Shown: in pieces, positions 35,870 to 48,769 of the stretch
Position numbering within the stretch: position 1 is the first letter of the stretch
How the letters are laid out: every line of letters begins with the position of its first letter
NCBI RefSeq assembly: GCF_964213995.1
Contig: NW_027590119.1
Location: 2,790,001-2,854,000, forward strand
Direction of reading: 5' to 3'
DNA length: 64,000 nt
DNA from: Mustelus asterias
Taxonomy: Eukaryota
Position numbers and translations under genes: made by a program
Notes under the pieces: generated by a model
Database searches by the model: none
Seen by the model: only the letters and a program-made list of their open reading frames with translations
What the model was told of the DNA's origin: nothing

Positions 35870-37665
35870 TATGCTTAAAATTTCCACATTTAACTGGTTC
35901 CCATAAATCCTCAATTATAAAGCAAAATAGACATAAGTTTCCGGGCGATTTAAAAACAAATGAATTGTCTGCTGAAAGGGTGAACTTTTCTACAGAACCT
36001 AAAGGGGTGGGGAGTGAGCAGAAAACACTTGGCACACAATTACGTCACTTTACATAATTTAAAAAATCTTCTCTAACAACAAAACAATCTTAATTTTAAA
36101 CTTCATCTATTATTCTTTTTGTTTTCTTCCTCAACCGAATAATTTTAATTTGATCAGTTTTTGTTAGGGAGGGGTAACTTCTGTTCTTTATAAACTGATT
36201 CACTTGTTTTGTTAGTTCTACATGAGAATCAGAACCCAGACTTTATCATCCTTATCCTTTTTCTCCTTTTACCACCACTCCCTCTGTTTTGTGGGAGGGT
36301 CGTGGGGATTCCAATCAGAACTAATCATTTTATCATAAAAGTAAAATTCTGCGGACGCTGGAATCTGAAACAAAAACAGAAAATGCTGGAAAGTCTCAGC
36401 AGGTCTGACAGTATCTGTGGAGAGAGAATAGAGCCAATGTTTCCAGTCTGGATGTCCTTTCATCAGAGCTCTTCTGAAGTGTAATCCAGACTCAAAACAT
36501 TGGCTCTATTCTCTTATCATTGTATTGATAAGATTCTCACTTTTAGTTTCCAAATGGCAGGTAAGAGACCTGTCCGGTCCCCACTCGAGCTCTGATTTTT
36601 CACTGGCCATGCTTGGGTAGGATTATAACCATTAGAATCTACTCTCAGAGGTCTGCTTTTCAGTCCAGTGCTACTTGGAGTATACCGTCACTTCACCGAC
36701 TATCAGGTCACAAATATATGATAAAATAATTTAAATAATGCCTGAGAACGCATTGAACTAACTACCTATCATCGTTTGTTGATTGGTCAGACCCCCTTTT
36801 TACAGATTCAAGTATCTCAGCCGCTGAACACCAGCCGGTCCTGGAATAAGTTTAATTCTAACTCATTCTGAGTAAATATTCTCACCAGGTCCTCTGTTGG
36901 GGCCCTGCTGAGCAGCTTTAATGGTCCGTGATTGCAGAAACTGAGCAGTCACAGGAATGTGGTCAAGATAGTCCAGTCCCATAATGCCTCACATTCAATC
37001 TGCAGTCCTTCAATTATAACAGAATATGTGGCTGTATGTAGCTGCCTCGGCCATGGTCAACCCCAACACTGCCTTCCTGAACTGCTACAATGTCTGAGGT
37101 GTAAGTACACCCACAGTGCTGTTAGGGAGGGATTTCCAGCGACACATTCCAGACTTTCACTAACTGTTGGTGGATACCAGATTGATATATTCCATTCAAC
37201 CACACCCAAGGTGAGTTATTCCAATTCCTTTATTGTCCAGGACAATATATTCACAATATCTTTAAAACAGAAATTAAACATTCCCATTTAATTTCAGGTA
37301 TTAACATATTCTGTTAGTTTGTTCTTTATTGTCAATGTCAGGCTGGGGTTGTTCCTCTTGGAGCAAAGGAGGTTGAGGGGAGATTTGATGGAGGTGGACA
37401 AGATTCTGACAGGTTTAGATAAGGTGGACAAAGAAAAGCTGTTCCCATTCGCTGATGGGACAAGGACGAGGGGGGTGCAGATTTTGGTTCAGAGATGTGG
37501 GATGGGGGGAGTGGGGGGGGCGATGTGAGGAAGAATATTTTGATGCAGTGAATGGTAATGACCTGGAACTCGCTGCCTACGAGGGTGGAGGAAGTGGAGA
37601 CAATAAACAATTACAAAGGAAATTGGATGAGCATTTGGGGGGTTTCAAACAGAAATGCTGACTAA
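35870..37665. repeat. Spacer block duplicated inverted at ~58405-60200, partly direct at 27365-27960
   Basis: ORF-track twins 36932+/58889- and 36209+/27625+/59509-. Confidence 0.85.
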
Positions 37666-37837
37666 ATATCTCTTAACCTCCGAGCACCAGCCACTGGAGG
37701 CAAAATCATGAGACCGGCCAGTCCAGCAGAAAGAAACCCTCCGACCCTCCCCATTGACCAACTGTGAGAATGAACAAAATGCAGTCCTGGATGTAATTGA
37801 GAGCAGAAACAATAACAGCAGAATCCAACCCCTGGAA

Positions 37838-38260
37838 TCACTCGTGAACTTGTTGGTGTCTCAGCAGCTGGGATGAAACTCTGAATCCCTTCCCACACTG
37901 AGAGCAGGTGTACGGCCTCTCCCCAGTGTGAACTCGCTGGTGTGTCCGCAGGCTGGATGAGTTAGTGAATCCCTTCTCACACTTCGGGCAGGTGAACGGC
38001 CTCTCTCCGGTGTGAACTCGCTGGTGTGTCTGCAGGCTGGATAACTGAGTGAATCCCTTCCCACACACAGAGCAGGTGAATGGCCTCTCCCCAGTGTGAA
38101 TTAGTTGGTGTGTCCGCAGTTCAGATGACTGAGTGAATCCCTTTCCACACACAGAGCAGCTGAACGGCCTCTCCCCAGTGTGACTGCGTCGATGAATTTC
38201 CAGCCGAGATGGGCACATGTATCCCTTCCCACAGTCCACACATTTCCATGCTTTCTCCAT
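37838..38260 (-). CDS. G6: C2H2 zinc-finger protein, 5 fingers (ends QQVHE)
   Basis: 140 aa = 5 x 28; accATGg start. Confidence 0.85.
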   Translation of the reverse strand: MEKAWKCVDCGKGYMCPSRLEIHRRSHTGERPFSCSVCGKGFTQSSELRTHQLIHTGERPFTCSVCGKGFTQLSSLQTHQRVHTGERPFTCPKCEKGFTNSSSLRTHQRVHTGERPYTCSQCGKGFRVSSQLLRHQQVHE

Positions 38261-38814
38261 GGTTCGGGTCCTTGTGACTCTCCAGTTTAAATAATCAGTT
38301 AAATCTCACACAGACCACTTCAGAAGCTGACAGAACAGAGAAACATTTCCCCTTCTAGATTCAAAGGTCAGTGATATTCGGGTCCTGATGAATTGAGTGA
38401 TTCTGTCAGATGTTGATGTGATGTTTGGTTTGGGATTTCTGTCTGTAAATTCTCACCTTCTGATATTCTGTAAAAGGAATTTACAAAAGTCATCAGTGTC
38501 AGTACAGGATAGGAATTCAGAACAGACAGTTCTAGTTTCTATGAAACATTCCTTTCTCTCTCATTCCCCAAAAGCTGTAAATCTCCATCCCACACACTCT
38601 CCCTCCATTCTCACTCTGCTGTATCTAATATTCACCCTCCCAATTCTCCTGAAGGTGCTGATTGAGGCTGATTGACAGATCCATGCTCACTGCTTCCTGT
38701 CCTGGACACAGAGAGCTGGAAATCTCCATGCAGGCTGCCAGACAGGTACATGTCTATATGACGGGACCAAAAATGTATGGATTATATAGACTGGACTCAC
38801 TTCCTTTCCCTTCA

Positions 38815-40335
38815 GTGGCTAAGGGCTGACAAGTCACCAGGACCCAATGAACTGCACGCTAGCTTTTTAATGGAAGTTGCTGAAGAGATTGTGGAGAATT
38901 TTGTTGAAATTTTTCGTAACTTGCTAGATTCCTGGAGAGTATCAGAAGATTGGCAATCAGCCAATGTGACTCCCTTGGTCAAAAAGGGAGAAAGGCAGAA
39001 GGCAGGGAACTATAGGCCAGTTAATTTAATATCTATTATTGGCAAGACGCTGGAGTCAATAATCAAAGAGCAAATAGCTAATCATTTAGGAAAGCTGAAT
39101 ATAATCAAACCTCATCAACATGGTTCTATGAAAGATAAATTATGTTTGACAAATTTGTTTGAATTGTTTGAGGATATAAGAAGGAAGATAGATCGAGATA
39201 AATCTGTAGTTTCTTTAGATATGGCGCCACGGCAGCACAGTGGTTAGCACTGCTGCCTCACAGTGCCAGGGACCTGCGTTCAATCCCGGCCTTGGGTGAC
39301 AGTCTGTGTGGAGTATGCGCATTCTCTCCATGTTGGTGTTGATTTCTGAGTTCTCCAGGTTCTTCCCACAGTCCAAAGATGTGCAGGTTAGATTGAATGA
39401 CCATGCTAAATTGACCCTTCGTGTCCCAATAGATGTGGATTAGTGGGGTAAAAATGTAGGGCTACAGGGATAGGGCCTGGGAAAGATGACTCGAGCGTTG
39501 GGGGAAGATGCAATAAAGTCACCCCTCTGTCTTCAAAACCTGACAAATGGAGTTTAAAGTGGGGAGGTGTGAGGTCATGTATTTCAGTAGAAGGAATCAA
39601 CAGGAAGATTATCTAAATGGGGAGAGGCTGCCGGTGAGTGAAGTACAGCGGGATCTTGGTGTTCTTGTGCATGAATCACAAAAAGCTAGCAGACAGGTCC
39701 CACACAAGGTGAGGAGGAAAATGGCATTTTGGCTTTTATTGCAAAGGGGTTGGAGTTTAAAAACAGGGAGGTTTTGTTGCAACTGTACAGTGTGTTGGTG
39801 ATGCCTCACCTGGGATAATGCATACAGTTTTGATCCCCTTACCTAAACAAGGATATAGTAATATTGGACATAATCCAAAGGAAATTCACCAGGCTAATTC
39901 CTGGGATAGGAGGGTTGTCCTATCAAGAGGGAGTAAATTGTCAAGGTCTGTGTTCCTTGAAGTTTTGAAGACAAAGGAGTTATTGAAAAATATAAGATCC
40001 TGAGGGGGCTTGACAGGGTAGATGGTGAGATATTTTCATGAGTGGGAGAGTCTCAAACAAAATAAAGGGTCAGTCATTTAAAACTGAGGTGTGCAGAAAT
40101 TTCTTCTCACAGAGGATGATGAAGCTCTGGAATTCCCCGCCCCAAAGGGTGGTGGAGACTGGATCGTTAGAAGTATTTAAAGTGGAGGTGGATAAATATT
40201 TGATAGATCGGGGAATACAGGGCCATGGGGAAATGGCACAGTAAAGGAGTTGAAACCAGCATCAGTCAGCCATGATCAGATTGAATGGCGGGACAGGCTT
40301 CAAGGGCCTGGTGGCCACTCCTGCTTCAATTTCTC
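38815..40335 (+). mobile_element. Old CR1 RT fragment with nested HE1-like SINE (~39222-39510), in the G6 intron
   Basis: ADKSPGP, NYRPVNLIS, QHG, RDLGVLVHES motifs. Confidence 0.8.
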
Positions 40336-40412
40336 GTGATCAGTTGCTGCAAGTCAACAATTTCTCCCAGAATGAGAAAATAAATGGAAAGGGTGAGAAA
40401 AGAAAGTGTTTT

Positions 40413-40971
40413 ACTCACAGATGTTGATGATTGGAGAAGTTTGAGCCTGTCTGAAGCTCAATCTTCATTCAGAGAGAGAGCTTTGCTGGGCAGGAATGAG
40501 CAGCTGAACAAGCTCATTGTCCACTTCCGCATTCAGACAATGGGGAAGCTCTGATTGGATGGAGGACCCGAGTACTTCCGGTCCTCCAGAGTTCCCATTG
40601 GTCAATCCCCCGCAGACAGACAATGAAGGGCGGAGCCTCACGTGGGGGTGGGCTGGACTTTGTCCTCCAGCCGCGCTGAGCTGTTGTCCAATGGGAAAGG
40701 CTGGAAGACCCGGACAGACAATGGTCAGTGGGCCGGCTTTGGCCCGGGCCCCGCCCCACACCCGCACATGCGCATTCCCCCAAAACCCGCACATGCGCAC
40801 CTCTGATTCACTGCCGCTCACTAGCTCCGGCCAATGGGAAGACTTGGAGGACCGGAAGGATCCTGGTCCTCCAGCCAATCAGAGCGCGGGCTTTGTGTGA
40901 ATGAAGATTGAGCTTCAGACAGACTCCAACTTCCTCCTGTTTCAACCTAAAAGAGGCCAACATCTGTGAGT
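40413..40971. promoter_or_regulatory. Palindromic bidirectional promoter and first exons of G6/G7
   Basis: Inverted arms: ctgtctgaagctcaatcttcattca (~40448) vs tgaatgaagattgagcttcagacag (~40898); CCAAT-dyad-CCAAT in both arms; donors at 40413-40418 (-) and 40966 (+); two CGCACATGCGCA. Confidence 0.75.
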
Positions 40972-41109
40972 AAAACACTTTCTTTTCTCATTCTGGGGGT
41001 AATTGGAGAATTGCAACAACTGAAGGGAAAGGAAGTGAATCCAGGGAGAGTGCAGACTCAGGAAAGGTTGGCCCAGGTCTCTCTCTCTCTCTTAAAGAAA
41101 TTTAAGAGA

Positions 41110-41590
41110 AACATAGAAGATAGGAGCAGGAGGAAGCCATTTGGCCCTTCGAGCCTGCTCTGCCATTCATTAAGATCATAGATGATCAAGCAACTCAATA
41201 GTCTAATCCTGCTTTCTCCCCATAACCTTTGATCCCATTCGCTCCAAGTGCTATATCTAGCCGCTTTTGAATACATTCAATGTTTTGGCATCAATTACTT
41301 CCTGTGGTCATGAATTCCAGAGGCTCACCACTCTTTGGGTGAAGCAATGTCTCCTCACCTCTGTCCTAAATGGTCTACCCTGAATCCTCAGACTGTGACC
41401 CCCGGTTCGGGACTCCTCCACCATCAGAAACATCCTCCCTGCATCTATCCTGTCGAGACCTGTTAGAATTTTATAAGTCTCTATGAGATCCCCCCTCATT
41501 CATCTGAACTCCAACGAAAACCATCCTAACCTAGTCAGTCTCTCTTCATACATCAGTCCCGCCATTCCCTGAATCAGCCTAGTAAATATC
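41110..41590 (-). mobile_element. CR1 3' fragment
   Basis: MRGDLIETYKILTGLDR...FTQRVVSLWNS. Confidence 0.8.
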
Positions 41591-42670
41591 CTTTGATCCC
41601 TCAGCTTGACACATTTATTTGTCTGTCTAAAAGGATGGTCTTTTTTCTAATGTTCACAATTAAAGGGCAGCTTTCCCCAGGAGATGGCTGACATTTACGT
41701 TAATATAGGACAGAAATATGTCTAGTGTTGTTATATGGTACCCAGATTAGATATATTATTTATGTTTCTGTAATAAAATACTTTTATTATTATTTCTTGC
41801 ATTGTAATATAATGCTGAAGCGATGTTATACATTTCCAGTCATAAAGCCCATTACAGCACAGAAGGAATCCATTCGGTAACTCGAGTCCATGCCCACTCT
41901 CTGTATAACATTCCAGTCCCATTCCCCCTCTATATCCCCATTCTCCTGAAAGTTTATTTCCTTCAAGTGCCCATCCACTTTCATTTTTAACTAGAATCCA
42001 TAGATATGGATGGAGATTTACAACTTTTTGGGAATGAAATAGGAAAGAATGTTCCAGAGAAACGAGAATTGTCTGCTCTGAATTTCTATCCTATACTGAC
42101 TGTGATGACTTTTGTAAACTCATTTCACAGGATTTTGAATGAGGAATCACAGGCAGAAATCTCAACCGTCACATCTAGAAAGAGTCATATTCCTTGGGAT
42201 CTGAATATCTTGTAATATGGAACTGTAGCTACGTTATATATTTCCAGACATCTCGTCCCTCAGAGGGTTGTTAGTCTTTTGGATTTCTCTTCCACAGGAA
42301 CCAGTTGAGGATGAGGATCATTGAATATATTCCAGTTAGACAGACTTTTGACTGACAAGGGTGTCAAGGGTTATGGGGAACAGACAAGAGGATGGAGCAA
42401 AAGCTAATATGTGGGGGAATTTCTTCACTCAAGGATGTGGTAAAGCATTGGAATTCTCAACCCCTGAGGACAGTGAAACCTCAGTCATCAACTATTTTCA
42501 AGAGTTTGATTGATTGGTTTCTGGATATTATAGAGATCAAGGGATATGGGTTTAGTGTGGGGAGAATGATGCTGAGGTAGATGAACAAATTATCTCATTG
42601 AATAGTTTAAAAGGCTCGATGGGCCAAATGACCGACTGCAGCTCCTATTTGTTATGGTCTCTGTGTCCAG

Positions 42671-42736
42671 GACAGGAAGCAGTGAGCATGGATCTGTCAA
42701 TCAGCCTCAATCAGCACCTTCAGGAGAATTGGGAGG
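42671..42736 (+). other. Putative 66-nt internal exon 2 of G7 (MDLSISLNQHLQENWE), homologs in G2, G3, G5, G6, G8
   Basis: Pyrimidine-rich ctctgtgtccAG acceptor, agcATGg, G|GTGAAT donor, conserved ~170-nt intron to acceptor at 42905. Confidence 0.55.
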
Positions 42737-43256
42737 GTGAATATTAGATGCAGAAGAGTGAGAATGGAGGGAGAGTGTGTGGGATGGAGATTCACAGCTT
42801 TTTGGGGAATGAGAGAGGAAAGAAGGTTCTATAGAAACTAGAATTGTCTGTTCTGAATTTCTATCCTGTACTGACACTGATGACTTTTGTGAACTCGTTT
42901 TACAGGATATTGAAAGAGGAATCACAGGCCAAAATCTCAAACGTCACGTCTCGATCTGACAGAGAAATATTCCATGGGAGCTGAATATCATCGGCCTTTG
43001 AATCTAGAAGGAGAAATTATTGTCCAGTCTGTTGAGTTGAAAAGATTTCAAACATCAGTGTGATTCGAAAAGCACCAACACACTGCCACACTCGAGTGAG
43101 AGTGTTCCAGTGCACTGACTAAAGAGCTTTGACCAGTTACACAGCCTGAATAACTATCACACCATTCACAGCGGGGCGAGACGGTACCCGTGTTCTGTGT
43201 GTGGACGAGGCTTCAACTGATTGTCCACCCAAGAGAGAGGCAAGAACACCTGCACC

Positions 43257-44435
43257 ATGGAGAAACCATGGAAATGTGCAGACTGTGGGAAGAGGTACAG
43301 AGCCCCATCTCTGCTGGAAGCTCATCGGCGCAGCCACACTGGGGAGAGACCATTCACCTGCTCTCAGTGTGGTGAGGGATTCACTCAGTCATCCAGCCTG
43401 CAGTCACACCAGCGAGTTCACACTGGGGAGAGACCGTTCACCTGCTCTCAGTGTGGGAAGGGATTCACTCGGTCATCCAGCTTGCAGTCACACCAGCGAG
43501 TTCACACTGGGGAGAGGCCATTCACCTGCTCTCAGTGTTGGAAGGGATTCACTCAGTCATCCCACCTTCAGAGACACCAGCGAGTTCACACTGGGGAGAG
43601 GCCATTCACCTGCTCTCAGTGTAGGAAGGGATTCATTGAGTTATCCAGCCTGCAGAAACACCAGCAAGTTCACACTGGGGAGAGGCCGTTCACCTGCTCT
43701 CAGTGTGGGAAGGGATTCACTCAGTTATCCAGCCTGCAGACACACCAGCGAGTTCACACTGGGAAGAGGCCACTAATCTGCTCGCAGTGTGGGAAGGGAT
43801 TCACGCAGTCATCCCACTTGCAGACACACCAGCGAATTCACACTGGGGAGAGGCCCTTCACCTGCTCTCAATGTGGGAAGGGATTCATTGAGTTATCCAG
43901 CCTGCAGAAACACCAGCGAGTTCATACGGGGGAGAGGCCATTCACCTGCTCTCAGTGTGGGAAGGGATTCACTCAGTCATCCAGCCTGCGGACACACCAG
44001 CGAGTTCACACTGGGGAGAGACCGTTCACCTGCTCTCAGTGTGGGAAGGGATTCACTCAGTTATCCAGCCTGCGGACACACCAGCGAGTTCACATTGGGG
44101 AGAGGCCATTCACCTGCTCTCAGTGTGGGGAGGGATTCACGCAGTCATCCCACCTGCAGAAGCACCAGCGAGTTCACACTGGGGAGAGGCCATTCACCTG
44201 CTCTCAGTGTGGGAAGGGATTCACTCAGTCATCCAGCCTGCGGACACACCAGCGAGTTCACACTGGGGAGAGGCCGTTCACCTGCTCTCAGTGTGGGAAG
44301 GGATTCACTCAGTTATCCAGCCTGCGGACACACCAGCGAGTTCACACTGGGGAGAGGCCCTTCACCTGCTCTCAGTGTGGGAAGGGATTCACAGTTTCAT
44401 CCCAGCTGCTGAGACATCAACAAGTTCACGAGTGA
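43257..44435 (+). CDS. G7: C2H2 zinc-finger protein, 14 fingers (ends QQVHE)
   Basis: 392 aa from accATGg = 14 x 28; flanks are a direct duplicate of the G1 flanks. Confidence 0.9.
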   Translation: MEKPWKCADCGKRYRAPSLLEAHRRSHTGERPFTCSQCGEGFTQSSSLQSHQRVHTGERPFTCSQCGKGFTRSSSLQSHQRVHTGERPFTCSQCWKGFTQSSHLQRHQRVHTGERPFTCSQCRKGFIELSSLQKHQQVHTGERPFTCSQCGKGFTQLSSLQTHQRVHTGKRPLICSQCGKGFTQSSHLQTHQRIHTGERPFTCSQCGKGFIELSSLQKHQRVHTGERPFTCSQCGKGFTQSSSLRTHQRVHTGERPFTCSQCGKGFTQLSSLRTHQRVHIGERPFTCSQCGEGFTQSSHLQKHQRVHTGERPFTCSQCGKGFTQSSSLRTHQRVHTGERPFTCSQCGKGFTQLSSLRTHQRVHTGERPFTCSQCGKGFTVSSQLLRHQQVHE

Positions 44436-44689
44436 TTCCCAGGGGTTGGATTCTGCTGTTATTGTTTCTGCTCTCAATTACATCCAGGACTGCATTTTGT
44501 TCATTCTCACAGTTGGTCAATGGGAAGGGGCAGAGGGTTTCTTTGTGCTGGACTGGCTGGTCTCTGCCTCCAGTGGGCTGATGTTCTTTGAGTCTTTTTG
44601 TGAATACCTGGTTTCAAATGTCACAAGGATCACAGAGTGACAGGGTGTTAGGAGGTTTCGAGATATTTAGTCAGAAGAAAACAGAGGTT

Positions 44690-45730
44690 GGCAGTGCAAA
44701 GGTACCTTTCTGAATGGAGGGCTCTGACAAGTGACGTTCCTCAGGGATCAGTGCTGTGACTTTTGCTGTTTGTAATATATGTAAATGATTTGGAGGAAAA
44801 TGTAACTGGTTTTATTGGTAAGTTTGTGGACGACACAAAGGTTAGTGGAATTGCGGATAACGATGGGGACCGGCAGAGGATACAGCAGGACATAGATCAG
44901 TTGGAGACTTGGGCGAAGAGATGGCAGATGAAGTTTAATCTGGACAAATGTGAGGTAATGCATTTTGGAAGGTCTAATACAGATGGGATATGTACAGTAA
45001 ATGGCAGAACCCTTAAGAGTATTGATAGGCAGAGGGATCTGGGTGTACAGGTACACAGGTCATTGAAAGTGGCAATGCAGGTGGGGAAGATAGTCAAGAA
45101 GGCATACGACATGCTTGCCTTCATCGGCCGGGGCATTGAGTTTAAAAATTGGCAAGTCATGTTGCAGCTTTATAGAACCTTAGTTAAACCGCACTTGGAA
45201 TCTAGTGTTCAATTCTGGTCACCACACTACCAGAAGGATGTGGAGGCTTTGGAGAGGGTGTGGAAAATATTTATCAGGATGTTGCCTGGTGTGGAGGGCA
45301 TTAGCTATGAGGAGGAGTTGGAGAAACTTGGTTTGTTCTCACTGGAACAACGGAGGTTGAGGAGGGCAACCTGATAGAAGTCTACAAGATTATGAGGGGT
45401 ACGGACAGAGTGGATAATCTGAAGCTTTTTCCCAGGGTGGAAGAGTCAATTACTAGGGGCATAGGTTTAAGGTGTGAGGGGCAAAGTTTAAAGGAGATGT
45501 ACGAGGCAGGTTCTTTACACAGAGGTTGGTGGGTGCCTGGAACTCGTTGCCGGGGAAGGTTGGGGAAGCAGATACGATAGTGACTTTTAAGATGTGTCTT
45601 GACAAATATATGAATAGCATAGGAATAGAGGGATATGGTCCCTGGAAAGGTAGGGGGTTTTAGTTCAGACGGGCAGCATGGTTGCTACAGGCTTGGAGGG
45701 CCAAAGGGCTTGTTTCTGTGCTGTAATTTT
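44690..45730 (+). mobile_element. CR1 3' fragment (duplicate of 2700-3760)
   Basis: Identical junction gtcagaagaaaacagaggttggcagtgc. Confidence 0.9.
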
Positions 45731-45739
45731 ATAGAGAAT

Positions 45740-45910
45740 AGAATAGAATCCCTGCAGTACAAAAGGAGGCCATTCAGCCCATCGAGCCTGTTCCGACCAC
45801 AATCCCACCCAGGCCCTACTCCCGTAACCTCACACATTTACCCTGCTAATCCCCCTGACACTCGGATCAATTTAGTATGGCCAATCAACCTAACCTGCAC
45901 ATCTTTGGAC
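45740..45910 (-). mobile_element. HE1-like SINE 3' half
   Basis: Matches 11040-11210. Confidence 0.7.
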
Positions 45911-46429
45911 ATTTATTGGTGAAACTAACAATGCAATAACACGAAGGGCCGATAGTTAACAGTGCTATAAAACAGGTGGATGTGATCATCAACAGAGCCC
46001 AATTCCCTAAACCTTTCTCATATAGACTTTCACCCGTGCCCTCCTGGCGACCCCACAACATCTCCATCTCCCGTGGTCCAGCGCCACATCAACACGTCCC
46101 CCCAGGATGCACATCAGAACTGGAGGCAGCCAGCTGCACTCCGCACCCATTTGCCTGTGATGCCCCTGGCAGGCGTCTGCTGGAGAGCTGGGACCTAGAG
46201 GGGTCCAGCCGTCTTCCTGGTGATATAGATGTATCCTTGCCTTGCTGTTCACCCTGCTGCTCTTGAGATGCTCCGGTGTCAGGAAAGGGGGAGTCGGAAA
46301 TCGCTGCATCCCATCGACTGGAATCCCCCGGGTGGAAGGCCCCAGCACCGTCCCCAGGCCCCCCTCCTCCCTCGAGGCGCCAATGGACCCCTGGGTCACT
46401 CCATGGGACGGTGAAGCTGACTCGGGGGA

Positions 46430-46830
46430 GGGAGTGGTGATTGGGAAATTCTGCAGGGGTGGTGATTGAGGAGGGGGTTAGTGGGGGGAGCTCTGCAGGA
46501 GTCCTGATGGGGGAGGGAGCTGGTTGTCGGAGAAACTCTGCAGGGGTGGTGATTGAGGAGAGGGTTAGGGGGGGGAGCTCTGCAGGAGTCCTGATGGGGG
46601 AGGGAGCTGGTGATCGGGGAAACTCTGCAGGGGTGGTGATTGAGGAGAGGGTTAGGGGGGGGAGCTCTGCAGGAGTCCTGATGGGGGAGGGAGCTGGTGA
46701 TTGGGGAAACTCTGCAGGGGTGGCGATCGGGGAGGGGGCGAGAGGGGGAACTCTGCAGGGATGCTGATTGGGGGGAGGGGTTGGTGATTTGGGGGAAACG
46801 CTACAGATGAGGAGATTGGCGGGGCGATTT
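46430..46830. repeat. G-rich tandem repeat, 87-bp unit (42+45 subunits), about 4 copies
   Basis: ctgcaggggtgg at 46451, 46538, 46625, 46712. Confidence 0.85.
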
Positions 46831-47229
46831 CTGTGGGGAGGGGGGGATGTCCACTGAAGCTGGAAACTGGGAGGATGGAGCGCATGCACAATGACACCCC
46901 TCCAGATCAGCAGCTGGCTTCCCCAGCAAGTTTAGGTTCCTCCCCTTCCTCCTGCAGTGAGGATTATATTGTGACTGTTTTTGACTAAGTGCCACAAGAT
47001 TGATTTTTTAAATTTGCCCAAGAAACGAGTTTGAAACTTTTCTCACTCATTCAGCACTTCGAATTTTTTTCATGAAATTCCACCCGATGTCTTTTGGTTC
47101 GAAACCAATGGAAACAGACATGCATTTTATCAAAACCTCGCAAAAGTTTGAATATCACTGTTCAATCTTTCCTTAATCTTTCCTGCTCTATAGAGTGCAA
47201 TTCCAGCTTCTCTAATCTCTCCATATGGA

Positions 47230-48760
47230 TTATCCATCCTGAGGTCCCCAGTATCACAGATGCCCATCTTCAGCCAATTCGATTCACTTCAAGGGATATC
47301 AATAAGCAGCTGAAGGCAATGGATAAGGAAAAATCCAAACTGGCCAACTGCCATCCAATGTCTCTCGTCTCGATCATCAGCAAAATGATGGAAGATGTTG
47401 TTGCCAACGGTGCGATCGAGCAGCATTTATACAGCAATAACCTGCTCACTGATGCTCATTTTGGGTTCCACCGAGGACCACTCACCTCCTGCCTCATTTA
47501 CAGCCTTTGTCCAAACATGGACAAAAGAGTTGAACTGGGTGATGTTGGAGTGATTGCCATTGACATCAAGGCAGCATTTGACTGTGCGTGGCATCAAGCA
47601 ACCCGATTAACATTGAAGTCAATGGGAATCGGGGGGAAACTCTCCACCGGCGAGAGCCACATCCCGCACAGAGGAGGATGATCGCGGTTGTTGGAGGCCA
47701 ATCACCTCAGCCCTAGGGTAGTGTCTGAGGCCCATCCACCCTCAGTTGCTCCACCAATGACCCTCCCCCCCATCATAAAGTCGAAAGCGGAGCTGTTCAT
47801 TGATAATTGCAGTCCTCATGACTGAGAATGATACCAGGGATGAGGATATTGTTTTATTCTTTCAGGGGATGTGAATGTGACTGGCAAGGCCAACATTCAT
47901 TGTGCATCACTGATTGCCCTTGTGAAGAAAGTGAGCCACTTTCTTGAATTGCTGCAATCCATCTGGTGTAGGTATACCCACAACGCTGTTAGGGAGTTCC
48001 AGGAATTTGATGCAGTGACAGAGAAGGAATGGTGATTGATTTTCAAGTCAGAATGGTGTGTGATGTGGAGTGCAATTTGCAGATGGTGGCATTCCCAAAC
48101 GCTGGCTGCACTTGTTTTTCAAGTGGTAGAAGTTAGGGTTTGGAACATGCTGTGAAAACAGCCTTGGTGATTTCTTGCAGTGCATCTAATATGTGGGATA
48201 CACTGCCACCATTGTGGGCTAATGGTGGATGTTTAAGGTGGTATTTGAGATGCTGATCAGGCGAGCTACTTTGTCCTGGATAGGATCTACAAAATTGTTG
48301 CAGATACACTCATCCAGGTAGGGAATATTCCACCTTACTCCTGATTTATACCTTGTGAATCATGGCAAGCCTTTGGGGAGTCATTAAGTGAGTAACCTGC
48401 CACAAAACTCCCAACCTCTGATCTGCTCCTGTAACCACAGTATTTAAATGACTGGTCAATGGTAACCCCAAAGTTATTGCTGGTGGGACATTCACTGATG
48501 GTAATGCCATTGAATATCAAGGGAAGATGGTTAGATTTTCTTGCTGGAAATAGATATTTCCTGATAATTATGTGGTGTCAGTATGAATTGACAATCAGCT
48601 CCAACCTGAATGTTGTCCTGGTCCTGCGCTGCATGCGGGCAGCTTCAGTATTCAGAGTTGTGAATGGTAATATACACTGCAATCACCAGTGAACATCCCC
48701 GTTTCCGACCCTACGGTGGGGAGACGGTAATTAATGAAGCCGCTGAAAATGATTAGACCC
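47230..48760. mobile_element. Old non-LTR RT fragments on both strands (CR1/Jockey group)
   Basis: NCHPMSLVSIISKMME..HFGF..DIKAAFD (+); FNGITISE..GVTIDQ (-). Confidence 0.65.
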
Positions 48761-48769
48761 AGGAGACAT

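Larger units (their letters stand above)
30900..35870 (-). repeat. Inverted segmental duplicate of ~9130-13580
   Basis: G5 vs G2, shared SINE insertions, gypsy LTR (35308-35516) and integrase tail, all in reversed order. Confidence 0.85.

Noticed and set aside
9920-39330. tRNA-like A/B boxes
   Set aside because: They are SINE heads with no complete cloverleaf
1581-43220. Conserved TGA codons in relic fingers as selenocysteine or readthrough
   Set aside because: They are not at Cys positions, accompany frameshifts and a TAA variant, and no SECIS was recognised; inherited CGA/TGG>TGA decay is simpler
46089-46889. 266-aa proline-rich ORF
   Set aside because: Translation of a GC-rich tandem repeat with unit length divisible by 3
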